Shown piece by piece: positions 51,174 through 60,716 of a stretch of 64,000 nucleotides of DNA. This DNA comes from Rhizomicrobium sp. (GTDB taxonomy: Bacteria; Pseudomonadota; Alphaproteobacteria; Micropepsales; Micropepsaceae), in the NCBI GenBank assembly GCA_036488415.1, contig DASXHQ010000125.1:142-64141 (forward strand). The letters are read 5' to 3'. Numbering within the stretch: the first letter of the stretch is position 1; each line of letters starts with the position of its first letter. Made by a program: the position numbers and the translations under genes. The notes below the pieces were generated by a model that saw only the letters and a list, made by a program, of their open reading frames with translations, did no database searches and was not told where the DNA came from.

Positions 51174-52412
51174 TTAGTGGGCAGCGCTGTGCGCGGCGCT
51201 GGAAGCGGCGGACTTCGCCGCGCTGTCAGCAGCCGATTTCGCGGCACTGTCAGCGGCAGACTTCGCGGCGCTCGACGCGGCCGACTTGGCAGCGCTGGAG
51301 GCAGAAGACTTGGCGGCGCTTTCAGCAGCCGACTTCGCCGCACTGGCAGCAGCCGACTTCGCAGCGCTGTCAGCCGCAGCCTTGGCAGCCGAGTCGGCAG
51401 CCGACTTGGCAGCGCTGGCGGCAGCAGACTTGGCTGCACTTTCCGCGGCGGACTTCGCAGCGCTGTCAGCGGCGGACTTTGCAGCCGATTCGGCGGCGGA
51501 CTTCGCCGCGCTCGCGGCTGCAGCCTTTGCGGCGCTGTCAGCGGCCGACTTGGCAGCAGAGTCAGCGGCGGCCTTCGCGGCGCTGGCGGCAGCGGACTTC
51601 GCAGCCGAGTCAGCGGCAGCCTTGGCAGCCGAGTCAGCAGCCGATTTGGCAGCGCTGGCGGCAGCAGACTTTGCGGCGCCCGCAGCAGCGGACTTCGCAG
51701 CGCTGTCAGCCGCAGACTTCGCAGCCGAAGCCGCAGCAGCCTTCGCAGCCGAATCGGCAGCAGCCTTGGCGGCGGAGTCAGCAGCCGATTTGGCAGCGCT
51801 TGCGGCAGCGGACTTCGCAGCGCTATCGGCAGCGGCCTTCGCGGCGCTGTCGGCAGCCGATTTCGCGGCGCTATCGGCGGCCGACTTGGCAGCGCTGTCC
51901 GCAGCGGACTTGGCGGCGCTATCGGCGGCAGACTTGGCGGCGCTGGCATAAGCAGACTTCGCGGCACTGTCCGCAGCGGATTTCGCGGCGCTGTCGGCAG
52001 CAGCTTTGGCGGCGGAATCGGCGGCTGCCTTCGCAGCGCTATCCGCGGCGGACTTCGCGGCGCTGTCGGCAGCCGATTTCGCGGCGGACATCGCCGCCCC
52101 GGCAGCCGCGGACTTCGCCGCGCTGCCTGCTGCGATATTTGCCTGCGCATCGGCCTGTGCCTGTTGCGCCGCCGACGATGTCGTCGCCGGGCCCTGGAAG
52201 GAATCGGTCTGCATCATCTTCGCCGTGGACTGGTCGCCCGTCTTCACGTCGGCACTGCTGACCTGACTGTCCTGATAGCGATCGGCCGGCACGATGGTGC
52301 CCGCAGTTTCGCCCTTGGGCGGCACGATGCCACCCGCGACGAGCACGCCCGCCGCTGCAAGGACCAGCACCGAAGCGCCGACCCAGATTTTCGTTTTGCT
52401 GTTGTTAGCCAT
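51174..52412 (-). CDS. membrane-anchored Ala/Ser/Lys/Asp heptad-repeat protein
   Basis: ATG at 52412 (MANNSKTKIWVGASVLVLAAAGVLVAGGIV, an N-terminal TM), a unique linker, then a continuous AAKSAAD-type heptad array to the stop. All other frames over the repeat give implausible P/R- or A/L/F-rich products without a credible N-terminus. Confidence 0.7.
   Translation of the reverse strand: MANNSKTKIWVGASVLVLAAAGVLVAGGIVPPKGETAGTIVPADRYQDSQVSSADVKTGDQSTAKMMQTDSFQGPATTSSAAQQAQADAQANIAAGSAAKSAAAGAAMSAAKSAADSAAKSAADSAAKAAADSAAKAAADSAAKSAADSAAKSAYASAAKSAADSAAKSAADSAAKSAADSAAKSAADSAAKAAADSAAKSAAASAAKSAADSAAKAAADSAAKAAAASAAKSAADSAAKSAAAGAAKSAAASAAKSAADSAAKAAADSAAKSAAASAAKAAADSAAKSAADSAAKAAAASAAKSAAESAAKSAADSAAKSAAESAAKSAAASAAKSAADSAAKAAADSAAKSAAASAAKSAAESAAKSSASSAAKSAASSAAKSAADSAAKSAADSAAKSAASSAAHSAAH
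51177..52110. repeat. 21-bp tandem repeat array (coding, heptad AAKSAAD/S)
   Basis: Units such as gcagccgacttcgcagcgctg recur back to back. About 0.93 kb divided by 21 bp gives roughly 44 units (estimated from length, not counted individually). Confidence 0.85.
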
Positions 52413-52747
52413 ATCTGCCCCCAAGGGAGTTAATTACGGCGGGGAAGATGTGCGCGGGGGACCAAAGGGTCAATAGAAGTAGATCACACCGTCAATGCCC
52501 TGTTTATGGGCATTTTTGCGATTCTTCCCCTCTCTTTTGATTGACGGATTTGCCAGAATATTCTTCTTTCCCAAAGGCTTGAAGCGGGATCGTAGGATCG
52601 CGGGGCCAGATCACTGGCTGTGTGATCGTTTGCTATCCGCTATAGTGCGAAAAGAGTCGGGAGGGCTTTGGCGTGCCTTGGTTTTTCACCAAAACCCCGA
52701 TCGTTAGGGTAAATCTGCGATTGCGCTGAGAATCGGGCAGGGGGATC

Positions 52748-53422
52748 ATGACGGCCAGGGAAGCGGGCGACACGCTCGCACGCAATGCTGTTTTCGCGGT
52801 GCTTTCGCCGGCGCGCCGCAAGATGCTGGTGCAGAGTGGCGCGTCGGTGCAGCTCTCCAAGGGCGACAAGCTGTTCGGCAAGGGCGATGCCGCCAATGCC
52901 GCCTATGCGATCATCAGCGGCGAGATCGAAGTGACGATCGAAGGGCCGGATGGCCGCTCCGTCTATATCGCGCGGCTGGGCCAGGGCACGGTGGTCGGTG
53001 AGATGGGCGTGCTCGATGGTGTCCCGCGTTCGGCCGATGCGCATGCCACGCGCAAAACCGAACTTTGGCGCATCGACGCCAAGCTGGTGCACGATGCGCT
53101 GACGGAAGAGCCAGGTTCAGCGCTGGCGCTGCTCGGCGTGTTCGCGCGCCGTATCCGCGATACCGACGCACTGGTGGAACGCAACTCCTCGATGGATCTG
53201 GGCAAGCGCCTGGCGCGGCTTCTTCTGGAAGAAGGCGCGAGTGGCAAGATCATCTACAATCAGTCCGATCTCGCCCATCTCGTCGGCGCCACGCGCGAAG
53301 CGGTGAACCGCAAGCTCGCCAAATGGCGCAAGGACAAGTTCGTAGAGTTGAACCACACCGGGCTGCACATTCTGGACCGTCCGGCGCTTCTGGCGCTGTG
53401 CAAACGCAAGACCGCGCTTTAA
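52748..53422 (+). CDS. Crp/Fnr-family transcriptional regulator
   Basis: cNMP-binding domain (GDKLFGKGDAANAAYAIISGEIEV...VVGEMGVLDG..RSADA) and a C-terminal HTH (SDLAHLVGATREAVNRKL). Confidence 0.85.
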   Translation: MTAREAGDTLARNAVFAVLSPARRKMLVQSGASVQLSKGDKLFGKGDAANAAYAIISGEIEVTIEGPDGRSVYIARLGQGTVVGEMGVLDGVPRSADAHATRKTELWRIDAKLVHDALTEEPGSALALLGVFARRIRDTDALVERNSSMDLGKRLARLLLEEGASGKIIYNQSDLAHLVGATREAVNRKLAKWRKDKFVELNHTGLHILDRPALLALCKRKTAL

Positions 53423-53432
53423 TTTCGCGGGC

Positions 53433-53888
53433 GTGACCGAAATCTATGTCGACGCCGATGCCTGTCCGGTGAAGCCGGAGATCGAGCGCGTGGCCGAACG
53501 CCACAAGCTCGTGGTTCATATCGTCAGCAATGGCGGCATCCGGCCGAGCCGCAATCCACTGGTGAATACCGTGATCGTGCCGCAAGGCGCGGACGCGGCG
53601 GATGACTGGATCGCGGAGCACATCACAAACACCGACATCTGCATCACCGCCGATATCCCTTTGGCGTCGCGCTGCCTGAAGAAAGGCGCGGTGGTGCTGC
53701 GGCCCAACGGCAAGGCGTTCGACGAAGCTTCCATCGGCATGGCGCTGGGCATGCGCGACCTGCACAAGCATTTGCGCGAAACAGGCATGCAGACGTTCAA
53801 TGCGGGATTTACAAAACAGGACCGCTCGAATTTCCTCAACGCGTTGGAAACCGCGATACAATCGGCTAAACGCCGAACGGTGAAATAA
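53433..53888 (+). CDS. yaiI: YaiI/YqxD-family protein (UPF0178)
   Basis: EIYVDADACPVK N-terminus and a length of 151 aa are typical of DUF188/UPF0178. GTG start. Confidence 0.75.
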   Translation: MTEIYVDADACPVKPEIERVAERHKLVVHIVSNGGIRPSRNPLVNTVIVPQGADAADDWIAEHITNTDICITADIPLASRCLKKGAVVLRPNGKAFDEASIGMALGMRDLHKHLRETGMQTFNAGFTKQDRSNFLNALETAIQSAKRRTVK

Positions 53889-53890
53889 AG

Positions 53891-54799
53891 ATGCCCGGTA
53901 GCCAGGATTACGCGGCCGATCCGCGCAATGAGAATGCGCTTATCTATCTGAACGGCGAAATGGTGCCGCGCGCCGAGGCGAAGGTGTCGGTGTTCGATGC
54001 CGGTTTCGGCATGGGCGACGGTGTGTGGGAAGGCGTGCGCCTGCACAAAGGTAAGTTCCTTTTCCTCGATGCGCATCTGGAGCGGCTGTTCGCGGGCGCC
54101 AAAGCCATCATGCTCGACATCGGCAAGCGCGAGGACATAGTCGCGGCGCTGACGAAGACGGTCGCAGCCAACAAGATGGAGACCGGCGTCCATATCCGCC
54201 TGATGATCACGCGCGGTCCTAAGAAGACGATCAACCAGGACCCGCGCAACGCGCTCGGCAGGCCGACGGTTGTGGTGCTTGCCGATTATAAAGAGCCATC
54301 GCCGGACATCGTGACCAGGGGACTGAAGCTCGCCATCTCGCGCATCCGCACCACGCCGCCGGATATGTTCGACATGCGGCTCAATTCGCATAGCCGCCTC
54401 AACTTCATTCTGGCGATGATCGATGTGATCGACACCGGCGCGGACGAAGCCCTGATGCTCGATCCGCGGGGTTACGTCGCGAGCTGCAATGCCACCAACT
54501 TCTTCTTCGTGCGCGGGAATGAAGTTTGGACCTCAACCGGCGAGTTCTGTTTCAACGGCATCACCCGCGCCAATGTCATAGATTTGTGCCGCGAGAACGG
54601 CATTCCGATTCATCTGGCGAACTTCACGAACAAGGATATCGCCGAAGCCGAAGAAGCCTTCGTCACCGGCACCTTCGGCGGCCTCACCCCGGTGCGAGAA
54701 ATCGACGGCCTCATGCTGCCCGCCTCACTTCCGGGACCGATGACCATGCGGTTGCGCGATCTCTATGCCGCGTTGAAGGAAAAGGACGCGGCGTCGTGA
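53891..54799 (+). CDS. class IV (branched-chain / D-amino-acid) aminotransferase family protein
   Basis: 302 aa with ...NGEMVPRAEAKVSVFDAGFGMGDGVWEG.., ..EAFVTGTFGGLTPVREIDG.. typical of fold type IV PLP enzymes. Confidence 0.85.
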   Translation: MPGSQDYAADPRNENALIYLNGEMVPRAEAKVSVFDAGFGMGDGVWEGVRLHKGKFLFLDAHLERLFAGAKAIMLDIGKREDIVAALTKTVAANKMETGVHIRLMITRGPKKTINQDPRNALGRPTVVVLADYKEPSPDIVTRGLKLAISRIRTTPPDMFDMRLNSHSRLNFILAMIDVIDTGADEALMLDPRGYVASCNATNFFFVRGNEVWTSTGEFCFNGITRANVIDLCRENGIPIHLANFTNKDIAEAEEAFVTGTFGGLTPVREIDGLMLPASLPGPMTMRLRDLYAALKEKDAAS

Positions 54800-55527
54800 A
54801 AGAGCCCATCCGCATCGCGATGTGGTCGGGGCCGCGCAATATCTCCACAGCGATGATGCGCAGCTTTGAGAACCGCGACGATTGCGCGGTGAGCGATGAG
54901 CCATTCTACGCCGCTTATCTCGCGAAGACGGGCCTGGACCATCCGATGCGCGATGAGGTTCTGGAATCGCAGCCGACCGATTGGCGCGATGTGGTGAAAG
55001 CGCTTCTGGGTCCGGCGCCAAAGAACCGGCCCACCTGGTACCAGAAGCATATGACCCATCACATGCTGCCGGAGTTCGGCCGCGACTGGATCGCGCAGAT
55101 GCGCAATGCCTTCCTCATCCGCGCGCCGGAGGATGTGCTCGTCTCCTACACGCAGAAGCGGGAAAAGGTGACACTCGCCGACATCGGCTTCGTGCAGCAG
55201 CGCGAATTGTTCGAGCAGGAAGCCGACCGCTTGGGCCACGCGCCGCCGGTGATCGAAGGCCGCGATGTGCTCGCCGATCCGCGCGGTACCCTCACCAAGC
55301 TTTGTAATGCACTCGAGATTCCGTTCTCCGAGAAAATGCTCGCCTGGCCCGCCGGGCGCCGCGACTCTGATGGCGTCTGGGCGCCCGCATGGTACGACGC
55401 CGTGGAAAAATCGACGGGCTTCGCAAAGCCGGATGACCGGGCGCCGCCGCAACTTTCATCCGAATTGCAGCACATCGCAGACCAAGCGCGGCCGCACTAT
55501 GAACGGTTGGCGACGTTCAAGATTTAG
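54796..55527 (+). CDS. sulfotransferase-like P-loop family protein
   Basis: GTG start overlapping the preceding stop (GTGA). IAMWSGPRNISTAMMRSF... resembles the sulfotransferase-like proteins often paired with class IV aminotransferase-like genes. The ORF-track start at 54526 lies inside the previous gene. Confidence 0.55.
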   Translation: MKEPIRIAMWSGPRNISTAMMRSFENRDDCAVSDEPFYAAYLAKTGLDHPMRDEVLESQPTDWRDVVKALLGPAPKNRPTWYQKHMTHHMLPEFGRDWIAQMRNAFLIRAPEDVLVSYTQKREKVTLADIGFVQQRELFEQEADRLGHAPPVIEGRDVLADPRGTLTKLCNALEIPFSEKMLAWPAGRRDSDGVWAPAWYDAVEKSTGFAKPDDRAPPQLSSELQHIADQARPHYERLATFKI

Positions 55528-56081
55528 TGCGGATTGGTCGCCTTGCGCGCGGCGGACTTGTCCAACACCCCTGGTTCGTCCCACGCGCCTTCCGGCCGCA
55601 TCGACACATAAGGGTCGCTGTAGAGATTGATCGGGTCGGGGTGCTTGTCGAACTTGATCAGCACTTCGAGATATTCGTGATCGGAGAACGTGAAGGGCTT
55701 GTCGGCGCGTAGCGGCTCGAAGCCGTATTTGCTCCAGTAATGCACCAACCGTTTCTGCGCATAGCCGCATGCTTTCGTGTAGCCTTTGCGGCGGATCACT
55801 TCGAAGGAATATTCCATCATGATCTTGGCGCAGTCCGTAGCGCGGAAGCGCGATAGCACGGCCACGCGCTCGAACTTCGCGTAATCGCTGAACCAGCGCA
55901 CGCGCAAGGTGCCGGCCGGTTCGCCGTCGATATAGGCGATGAAATGGGTGGCGGAGAAATCGTTGCCGTCGAATTCCTCGTCATAGGGGCATTTCTGCTC
56001 GCCGATATAGACCTGCGAGCGAATGGAGAAGGCCTGCGCCAACGCCTCGGGCGTCGTCACGACGGATGCTGTGATGTTCAT
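55524..56081 (-). CDS. GNAT-family N-acetyltransferase
   Basis: 185 aa with ...IDGEPAGTLRVRW...FERVAVLSRFR...GYTKACGYAQKRLVHYWSKYGFEP, the acetyl-CoA binding core pattern. Confidence 0.8.
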   Translation of the reverse strand: MNITASVVTTPEALAQAFSIRSQVYIGEQKCPYDEEFDGNDFSATHFIAYIDGEPAGTLRVRWFSDYAKFERVAVLSRFRATDCAKIMMEYSFEVIRRKGYTKACGYAQKRLVHYWSKYGFEPLRADKPFTFSDHEYLEVLIKFDKHPDPINLYSDPYVSMRPEGAWDEPGVLDKSAARKATNPH

Positions 56082-56089
56082 GGCGATGA

Positions 56090-56719
56090 CTATGCGGCGT
56101 TGGAGTTGCCGGCCGCAACGTAGGGCGGACGATCCATGCGAAACAGGTTACCAAGTCCTGCCTGCGTCTCGTGCGGAACGAATCCGCGGCCCTTGAGTGC
56201 GTTCAGGCCGCCGGTCGTGCCGGCCGTGGCGAAAATCGGCACACCGCCATAACGCTCCGCGCCCAGCGCGTTCGCGATGAGCCAGCCGGCGATGCGCGAA
56301 ACTTTGCGCAAGACCACCACCCACATATAGATCGCTTCCGGCCGCGTGTCGGACGGCACGACCATACGCATGTCGGGATCGATGCCGTCGAAACGGGATT
56401 CTTCCAGCGCTTCCAGCCCCGCCTTGTTGAGGAAGATCAGCGCGACATAGCCCACCATCGTTTTGTCGGTGCGGGTCTGATCGCTGGCGCGATAGACGCC
56501 CCAAACGGTGTCGCGGTTGAACTTCTGCATGTTCTGCAGCGTTTGAAGGGAGGTGATGTGTTCGCCCACTTCTCTCTGCGTCAGCGCGTAGAGCTCCGGC
56601 AGTTCCTCCGGCTTGGCACGGCCCACCCAGATGATCCCGCCATCGGGATGCGATGACCATGGCTCTTCTTTTGCTTTGTCTGGCGCCAGGTCCAGAAGGT
56701 CTCCGAAGTTCTCCGACAT
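56090..56719 (-). CDS. hypothetical protein
   Basis: 209 aa from the ATG at 56719 (MSENFGDLLDL...). Co-directional with the GNAT gene. No family recognised. Confidence 0.5.
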   Translation of the reverse strand: MSENFGDLLDLAPDKAKEEPWSSHPDGGIIWVGRAKPEELPELYALTQREVGEHITSLQTLQNMQKFNRDTVWGVYRASDQTRTDKTMVGYVALIFLNKAGLEALEESRFDGIDPDMRMVVPSDTRPEAIYMWVVVLRKVSRIAGWLIANALGAERYGGVPIFATAGTTGGLNALKGRGFVPHETQAGLGNLFRMDRPPYVAAGNSNAA

Positions 56720-56932
56720 CTGCCACTCCCCACAACGCATTACTTAACGAGGTCTTAAACCCCAGCCTGACGGTAACTATAAATTATCCATGATGGGAAA
56801 TGAATCGAAGATGTTGGCCAAACTCCGTTATTTCGGGATTTCGTTAATATACACAGTCCGTTAGCTGCCGACGGCGCGACCCCTCGATCACACGCAATCG
56901 TTAAGATTGACAGGCTGGGCCTCCAGGCAAAG

Positions 56933-56960
56933 AAAAAGCGCCGGAGGGACCGGCGCTTTT
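56933..56960. terminator. bidirectional rho-independent-type hairpin
   Basis: AAAAAGCGCCGG-aggga-CCGGCGCTTTT, directly downstream of the DUF1328 gene (minus strand). Confidence 0.6.
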
Positions 56961-56988
56961 CTCCGTTTCACAACGGAACAAAGGGAAC

Positions 56989-57162
56989 CTAGGTGACCCT
57001 GCGGGCCGCCACGAGACCCAGCACCAAAAAGATTAGGAAGATCGCCAGGAAGACCCAGACCAGAGTCTTGGCAATGGCGAAGGAAGCGCCGGCAATGCCA
57101 CCGAAACCCAAAACGGCGGCGACGAGCCCCAAAATCAGGAAGAGTATGGCCAGACGCAGCAT
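56989..57162 (-). CDS. DUF1328 (UPF0391) small membrane protein
   Basis: [51 protein letters not shown] is a typical DUF1328 sequence. Trimmed from the 80-aa ORF. Confidence 0.75.
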   Translation of the reverse strand: MLRLAILFLILGLVAAVLGFGGIAGASFAIAKTLVWVFLAIFLIFLVLGLVAARRVT

Positions 57163-57218
57163 GATTTTTGCCTCGAAATATACGCTGATGAAATGCGCAT
57201 GGGACGTACGCAGTTCCG

Positions 57219-58199
57219 TCAGCCAAACCATCTGCGGCAGGCGCGGCTGAAGCTGGTGGGGTCGCGGTAGCCCAGCCTTTCAGAGATCTCGTCGCGTGAG
57301 AGTTTCGCATGGTGCAGAAGTTTCGCGGCGCGCGATTTCAGTTCGCCATCCAGCAGATCGCGAAATTGCGTGCCGGCATCGCGCAGCCTGCGTGCCAGCG
57401 TGCGCCGCGAAACGCCCAGCGCGCGCGCCACATCGTCCGCGCCCAATCGTCCATCGGGCATCGTCTGCAACAAACGCTCGACTTGCGCGCGCAGATCCAC
57501 CGGATTGTCTAGGCGTGACAGCGCCGTCTGCAATTCGCCCAATGCGTTGCGATAAAGCGCGCTGTCCGCGCCGGTGGAGGGAATGTCCAACCACGCCTTC
57601 GGCAACTCTACTATGTTGATCCTGGCGTCGTACCGCACATGCTGGCTCAACGCCGCGCGCACTTTCGCATCGTAAGCGGGCTTTGGCGCGGCGAAGGAGA
57701 ATTCCATCTCGTCCGGTGCGCGGCCGAGCGATGCCTGCACCATCGAACGCACGGCGACGAAGGCGATTTCCATCATCGGCCGCCATTGCGGCTCATCGAG
57801 CGCGACGGTGAGCTCGTATTCCAGCCGCACGGTGTCGCCGCGCGGTTTGCGCGCGATCTGGAAGAAGGGCGCGCGCACGTGTGCATACCGGCGCAGCACA
57901 TCGATGCCATCGCCGATGGTCGGCGCCGACACCATCGCCGACGCGATGGCGCCATGCGCGGAGGGATTCCAAAGCTCCGGCTGCTTGAACGCCCAGCCCG
58001 GGCCATGAAGCGCGGTGACATTCTCCACCTGCCGCACCTGCTGGAAAAGGCTGATCTCGGCGGCCGGGTTGGCGAGGTCGCGTTCGTCGACGCCCGTGCC
58101 GGACAACAACGCCTCTCCGCGCGCACCCGCGAAGCAGCGATGGATGAGCCGGAAATAGCCCATCGTCATCGGCAGGCGTTCGAGCGTGGCATTCGCCAT
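57219..58199 (-). CDS. AraC-family transcriptional regulator
   Basis: C-terminal HTH_18 ([22 protein letters not shown]...[22 protein letters not shown]). Start at the ATG at 58199 (MANATLERL...). Confidence 0.8.
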   Translation of the reverse strand: MANATLERLPMTMGYFRLIHRCFAGARGEALLSGTGVDERDLANPAAEISLFQQVRQVENVTALHGPGWAFKQPELWNPSAHGAIASAMVSAPTIGDGIDVLRRYAHVRAPFFQIARKPRGDTVRLEYELTVALDEPQWRPMMEIAFVAVRSMVQASLGRAPDEMEFSFAAPKPAYDAKVRAALSQHVRYDARINIVELPKAWLDIPSTGADSALYRNALGELQTALSRLDNPVDLRAQVERLLQTMPDGRLGADDVARALGVSRRTLARRLRDAGTQFRDLLDGELKSRAAKLLHHAKLSRDEISERLGYRDPTSFSRACRRWFG

Positions 58200-58312
58200 T
58201 GGCTCAAAATGCCACAATTTTGGCCGCGCCGGTAGTCGCCAGTCCGCCCGAACAGGCGCAGGCTTCCTCATCAGACGGCACAAAGCCGCAAATGCTGGGA
58301 GAGCCAAACGCC

Positions 58313-59407
58313 ATGACCGCCATCAAGGACATCTATGCCCTGAGCACGAACGGTTCGAACTGGACAGTGCCGCAGGATTTCGACGTCTCGTTCAACTGGG
58401 ATTACGACGACGGCCGCGCGGCGATGATGGGCCTCTACGCCAAGGGCAAGCAGATGCAGTGGGATGCGGAAACGCGCATCGACTGGTCGCAGGAGCTGGA
58501 CGAAGAAAACCCCGAGCAGATGCCAGAAGAGTCGCTGCCGATCCACATGGCCGATTGCTATCTGAAAATGAACGCCAAGGAGAAGGCGACGGTGCGCCGC
58601 CATTTCCAGGCCTGGCAGCTTTCGCAATTCATGCAGGGCGAACAGGGCGCGCTGATCTGTGCCGCCAAGATCGTCACGCAAGTGCCCGATGCAGACTCCA
58701 AATTCTATGCCGCGACGCAGACCATCGACGAAGCGCGGCACGTCGAGGCGTACAAGCGGTTGCTGACGAAGTTCAAGGTCGCTTATCCGATGACCAAGCC
58801 GCTGCAGGATCTCATCGATCAGACGTTGAGGGACACCCGCTGGGACATGACCTATCTTGGCATGCAGGTGGTGATCGAGGGCCTCGCGCTCGCCGCCTTC
58901 CAGCAGATCCGCGACAATGCGCAGAACCCGCTCGCCGCGCAGGTGAACGCCTATGTGATGCAGGATGAATCCCGCCACGTCGCCTTCGGGCGCCTCGCGT
59001 TGCGCGATTATTATCCGCACCTGACGCAGAAGGAACGCGATGAGCGCGAGGAATTCCTGCTCGAAGCCTCTTATCTCATGCGCGACCGCTTCGACGCCGT
59101 CGAGCTGTGGCAGAACCTCGGCCTGCCGGTCGAGGATTGCGCCAAGGCGATGTACGAGTCCGGCTTCATGGAGAAGTTCCGCAACTCGCTCTTCACCCGC
59201 ATCGTGCCCATCGTGAAGGACATCGGGCTTTGGGGCGACACCATCCGCAACGGTTACACCGAGATGGGCGTGATCGAATATGCCAAGTCCGATGTGCAGG
59301 CGCTGCAGGACAACGACGAAGATATCGCCAAACAGTTCGACGCCCGCCAGCGCGACATCCAGCGCGTCATCGACCGCGCCCAGGGCACAATGGCGGCGGC
59401 GGAGTAA
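58313..59407 (+). CDS. ferritin-like di-iron oxygenase family protein
   Basis: Paired ExxH motifs (DEARHVEAY, QDESRHVAFG) in a helical protein of about 364 aa. Start at the ATG at 58313 (MTAIKDIY...). Divergent from the AraC gene. Confidence 0.7.
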   Translation: MTAIKDIYALSTNGSNWTVPQDFDVSFNWDYDDGRAAMMGLYAKGKQMQWDAETRIDWSQELDEENPEQMPEESLPIHMADCYLKMNAKEKATVRRHFQAWQLSQFMQGEQGALICAAKIVTQVPDADSKFYAATQTIDEARHVEAYKRLLTKFKVAYPMTKPLQDLIDQTLRDTRWDMTYLGMQVVIEGLALAAFQQIRDNAQNPLAAQVNAYVMQDESRHVAFGRLALRDYYPHLTQKERDEREEFLLEASYLMRDRFDAVELWQNLGLPVEDCAKAMYESGFMEKFRNSLFTRIVPIVKDIGLWGDTIRNGYTEMGVIEYAKSDVQALQDNDEDIAKQFDARQRDIQRVIDRAQGTMAAAE

Positions 59408-59442
59408 CCCCAGGCTCCTTATTACTCCCACGAGGAGCGGCA

Positions 59443-59478
59443 AAGCCGCGCATTCCTATGCGCGGCTTTTGCTTTTGT
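59443..59478 (+). terminator. rho-independent terminator
   Basis: AAGCCGCGCA-ttccta-TGCGCGGCTT followed by TTGCTTTTG, 36 nt after the stop of the di-iron protein gene. Confidence 0.65.
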
Positions 59479-59500
59479 CCAAATGTTGAATATCCATACC

Positions 59501-59587
59501 CGTCATGGCCGCCCTCGTGGCGGCCATCCATTTTCCAGAGGCCCTGGGTCCGTGTTCATGGATGGCCGGGACAGGCCCGGCCATGAC
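59501..59587. repeat. 87-bp composite REP-like element (two GC hairpins)
   Basis: GTCATGGCCGCCctcgtGGCGGCCATCCAT...ATGGATGGCCGGGacaggCCCGGCCATGAC. Near-identical to the inverted copy at 63811-63897. Confidence 0.8.
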
Positions 59588-59618
59588 GAACGGATATCGA
59601 TAGGGGCGAGAAGGGCCA

Positions 59619-59978
59619 ATGTTGCTTTCCGCCTTCTGTCTTTTCACCGCCGCCGTGCTGCTCGGCGCGGTTCTTTCGCTTTCCTATTTTGGTCTGATGC
59701 GGCCGCGCTGGTGGCTGGGCGTTATTCATGGCGTGATCGGCTCAGCCGGGCTCATTGCGTTGTTCTTTTCGCTCGGTGGTCCCGTGCGTGGCGTCGAATA
59801 TGGCGTGCAGTCGTTTGGCACGATCGCGGCTTATCTCGCGATGGCGGGATTGCTCATCGGCCTGGGCTTCGCGACGCTGCGATTCTTCGCCAAGCGGCGC
59901 GTGACATGGCTCATCGGCGCGCATGTCACGGTCGCGATTACGGCGTATTTCTTTCTGCTAGCTTATGTCGCGTTCTAA
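59619..59978 (+). CDS. hypothetical membrane protein
   Basis: 119 aa with four predicted TM helices. Confidence 0.5.
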   Translation: MLLSAFCLFTAAVLLGAVLSLSYFGLMRPRWWLGVIHGVIGSAGLIALFFSLGGPVRGVEYGVQSFGTIAAYLAMAGLLIGLGFATLRFFAKRRVTWLIGAHVTVAITAYFFLLAYVAF

Positions 59979-60604
59979 AGCGCCCACTCGGGCACGCCGC
60001 AGCCGATGTCGATGAAGTGGAACTGGGTCGCTGTTTCCATCGAGAACTTTGAATCGCCGGTGTGCAGCAGGGTGTCCGTCAGCCGCACATGGCAAAGCAG
60101 GAGCGGAATGCGGTCTTCGCCGGCACCCAGGGGAAAACCGGTCACTTCGATATATTGCCCATAGCCCTTCGGCGTGTGCATCGGCGTGATCTGCCACAGC
60201 CCGCAAGGATGGTTGGCCATCAGCCAGCCCGTCGTCAGCGCGCCGTCGCGATATTCCGGATCCAGGAAATCGAGATGATCCTTGCCCGAAAGGCATTGCC
60301 CCGCGACCTCCTGATAGCGCTCCCCGGCCAGACGGATGCGCAGCGACTGGCGCTCCGGCGCAGGCGCTTCCAGCAATATCAGGTCACGGATAAAACGCGC
60401 CGCGCGCGCCAGATTGAACTCGGCGCGGCGCGGAACGATGTTGCCGCCGCGCATGCGCTGCCAGAAATCTTCAAAGTCGCGGCTTTCCGCCGAGCGCGAC
60501 AGCAGGTCCGCACGCGCCAGCACTTCCGCATGATCTTTTGTCGGCACCATTCCCATGCGTAAAAATCTAAACGGTCCGCCGTTAAAATCGGGGAAACTTG
60601 GCAT
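59975..60604 (-). CDS. PAS_5-like (PF07310-type) domain protein
   Basis: FWQRMRGGNIVPRRAEFNLARAARFIRDLILLE....LRIRLAGERYQEVAGQCLSGKD resembles the PAS_5 family common in Rhizobiales. Confidence 0.5.
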   Translation of the reverse strand: MPSFPDFNGGPFRFLRMGMVPTKDHAEVLARADLLSRSAESRDFEDFWQRMRGGNIVPRRAEFNLARAARFIRDLILLEAPAPERQSLRIRLAGERYQEVAGQCLSGKDHLDFLDPEYRDGALTTGWLMANHPCGLWQITPMHTPKGYGQYIEVTGFPLGAGEDRIPLLLCHVRLTDTLLHTGDSKFSMETATQFHFIDIGCGVPEWAL

Positions 60605-60716
60605 TTCGCATTTTAGGGAACCAAATCTGAACGCAATTTAAGCCTGTTTCCCTTGCAACGCCGGGCACGGCGAATAAATTTTGCTCAGTGTCTGCAACCC
60701 CCAAGCGGAGACAAAC

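Noticed and set aside
51177-52110. Possible CRISPR array (regular short repeats)
   Set aside because: The units are contiguous 21-bp repeats with no spacers, lie inside a long ORF with a coherent heptad translation, and have no cas genes nearby.
50865-52433. 522-aa plus-strand ORF, plus other frames (51143-52150, 51286-51951, 51479-52261) over the 21-bp repeat array
   Set aside because: All frames stay open because of the repeat. Only the minus-strand frame ending at 51174 has a credible start, RBS, TM anchor and non-repetitive N-terminal region. The others give R/G/S-, P/R/L- or A/L/F-only products.
58271-59443. 390-aa minus-strand ORF opposite the di-iron oxygenase-like gene
   Set aside because: It is a shadow ORF. 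The plus frame has paired ExxH motifs and a downstream terminator in the plus orientation.
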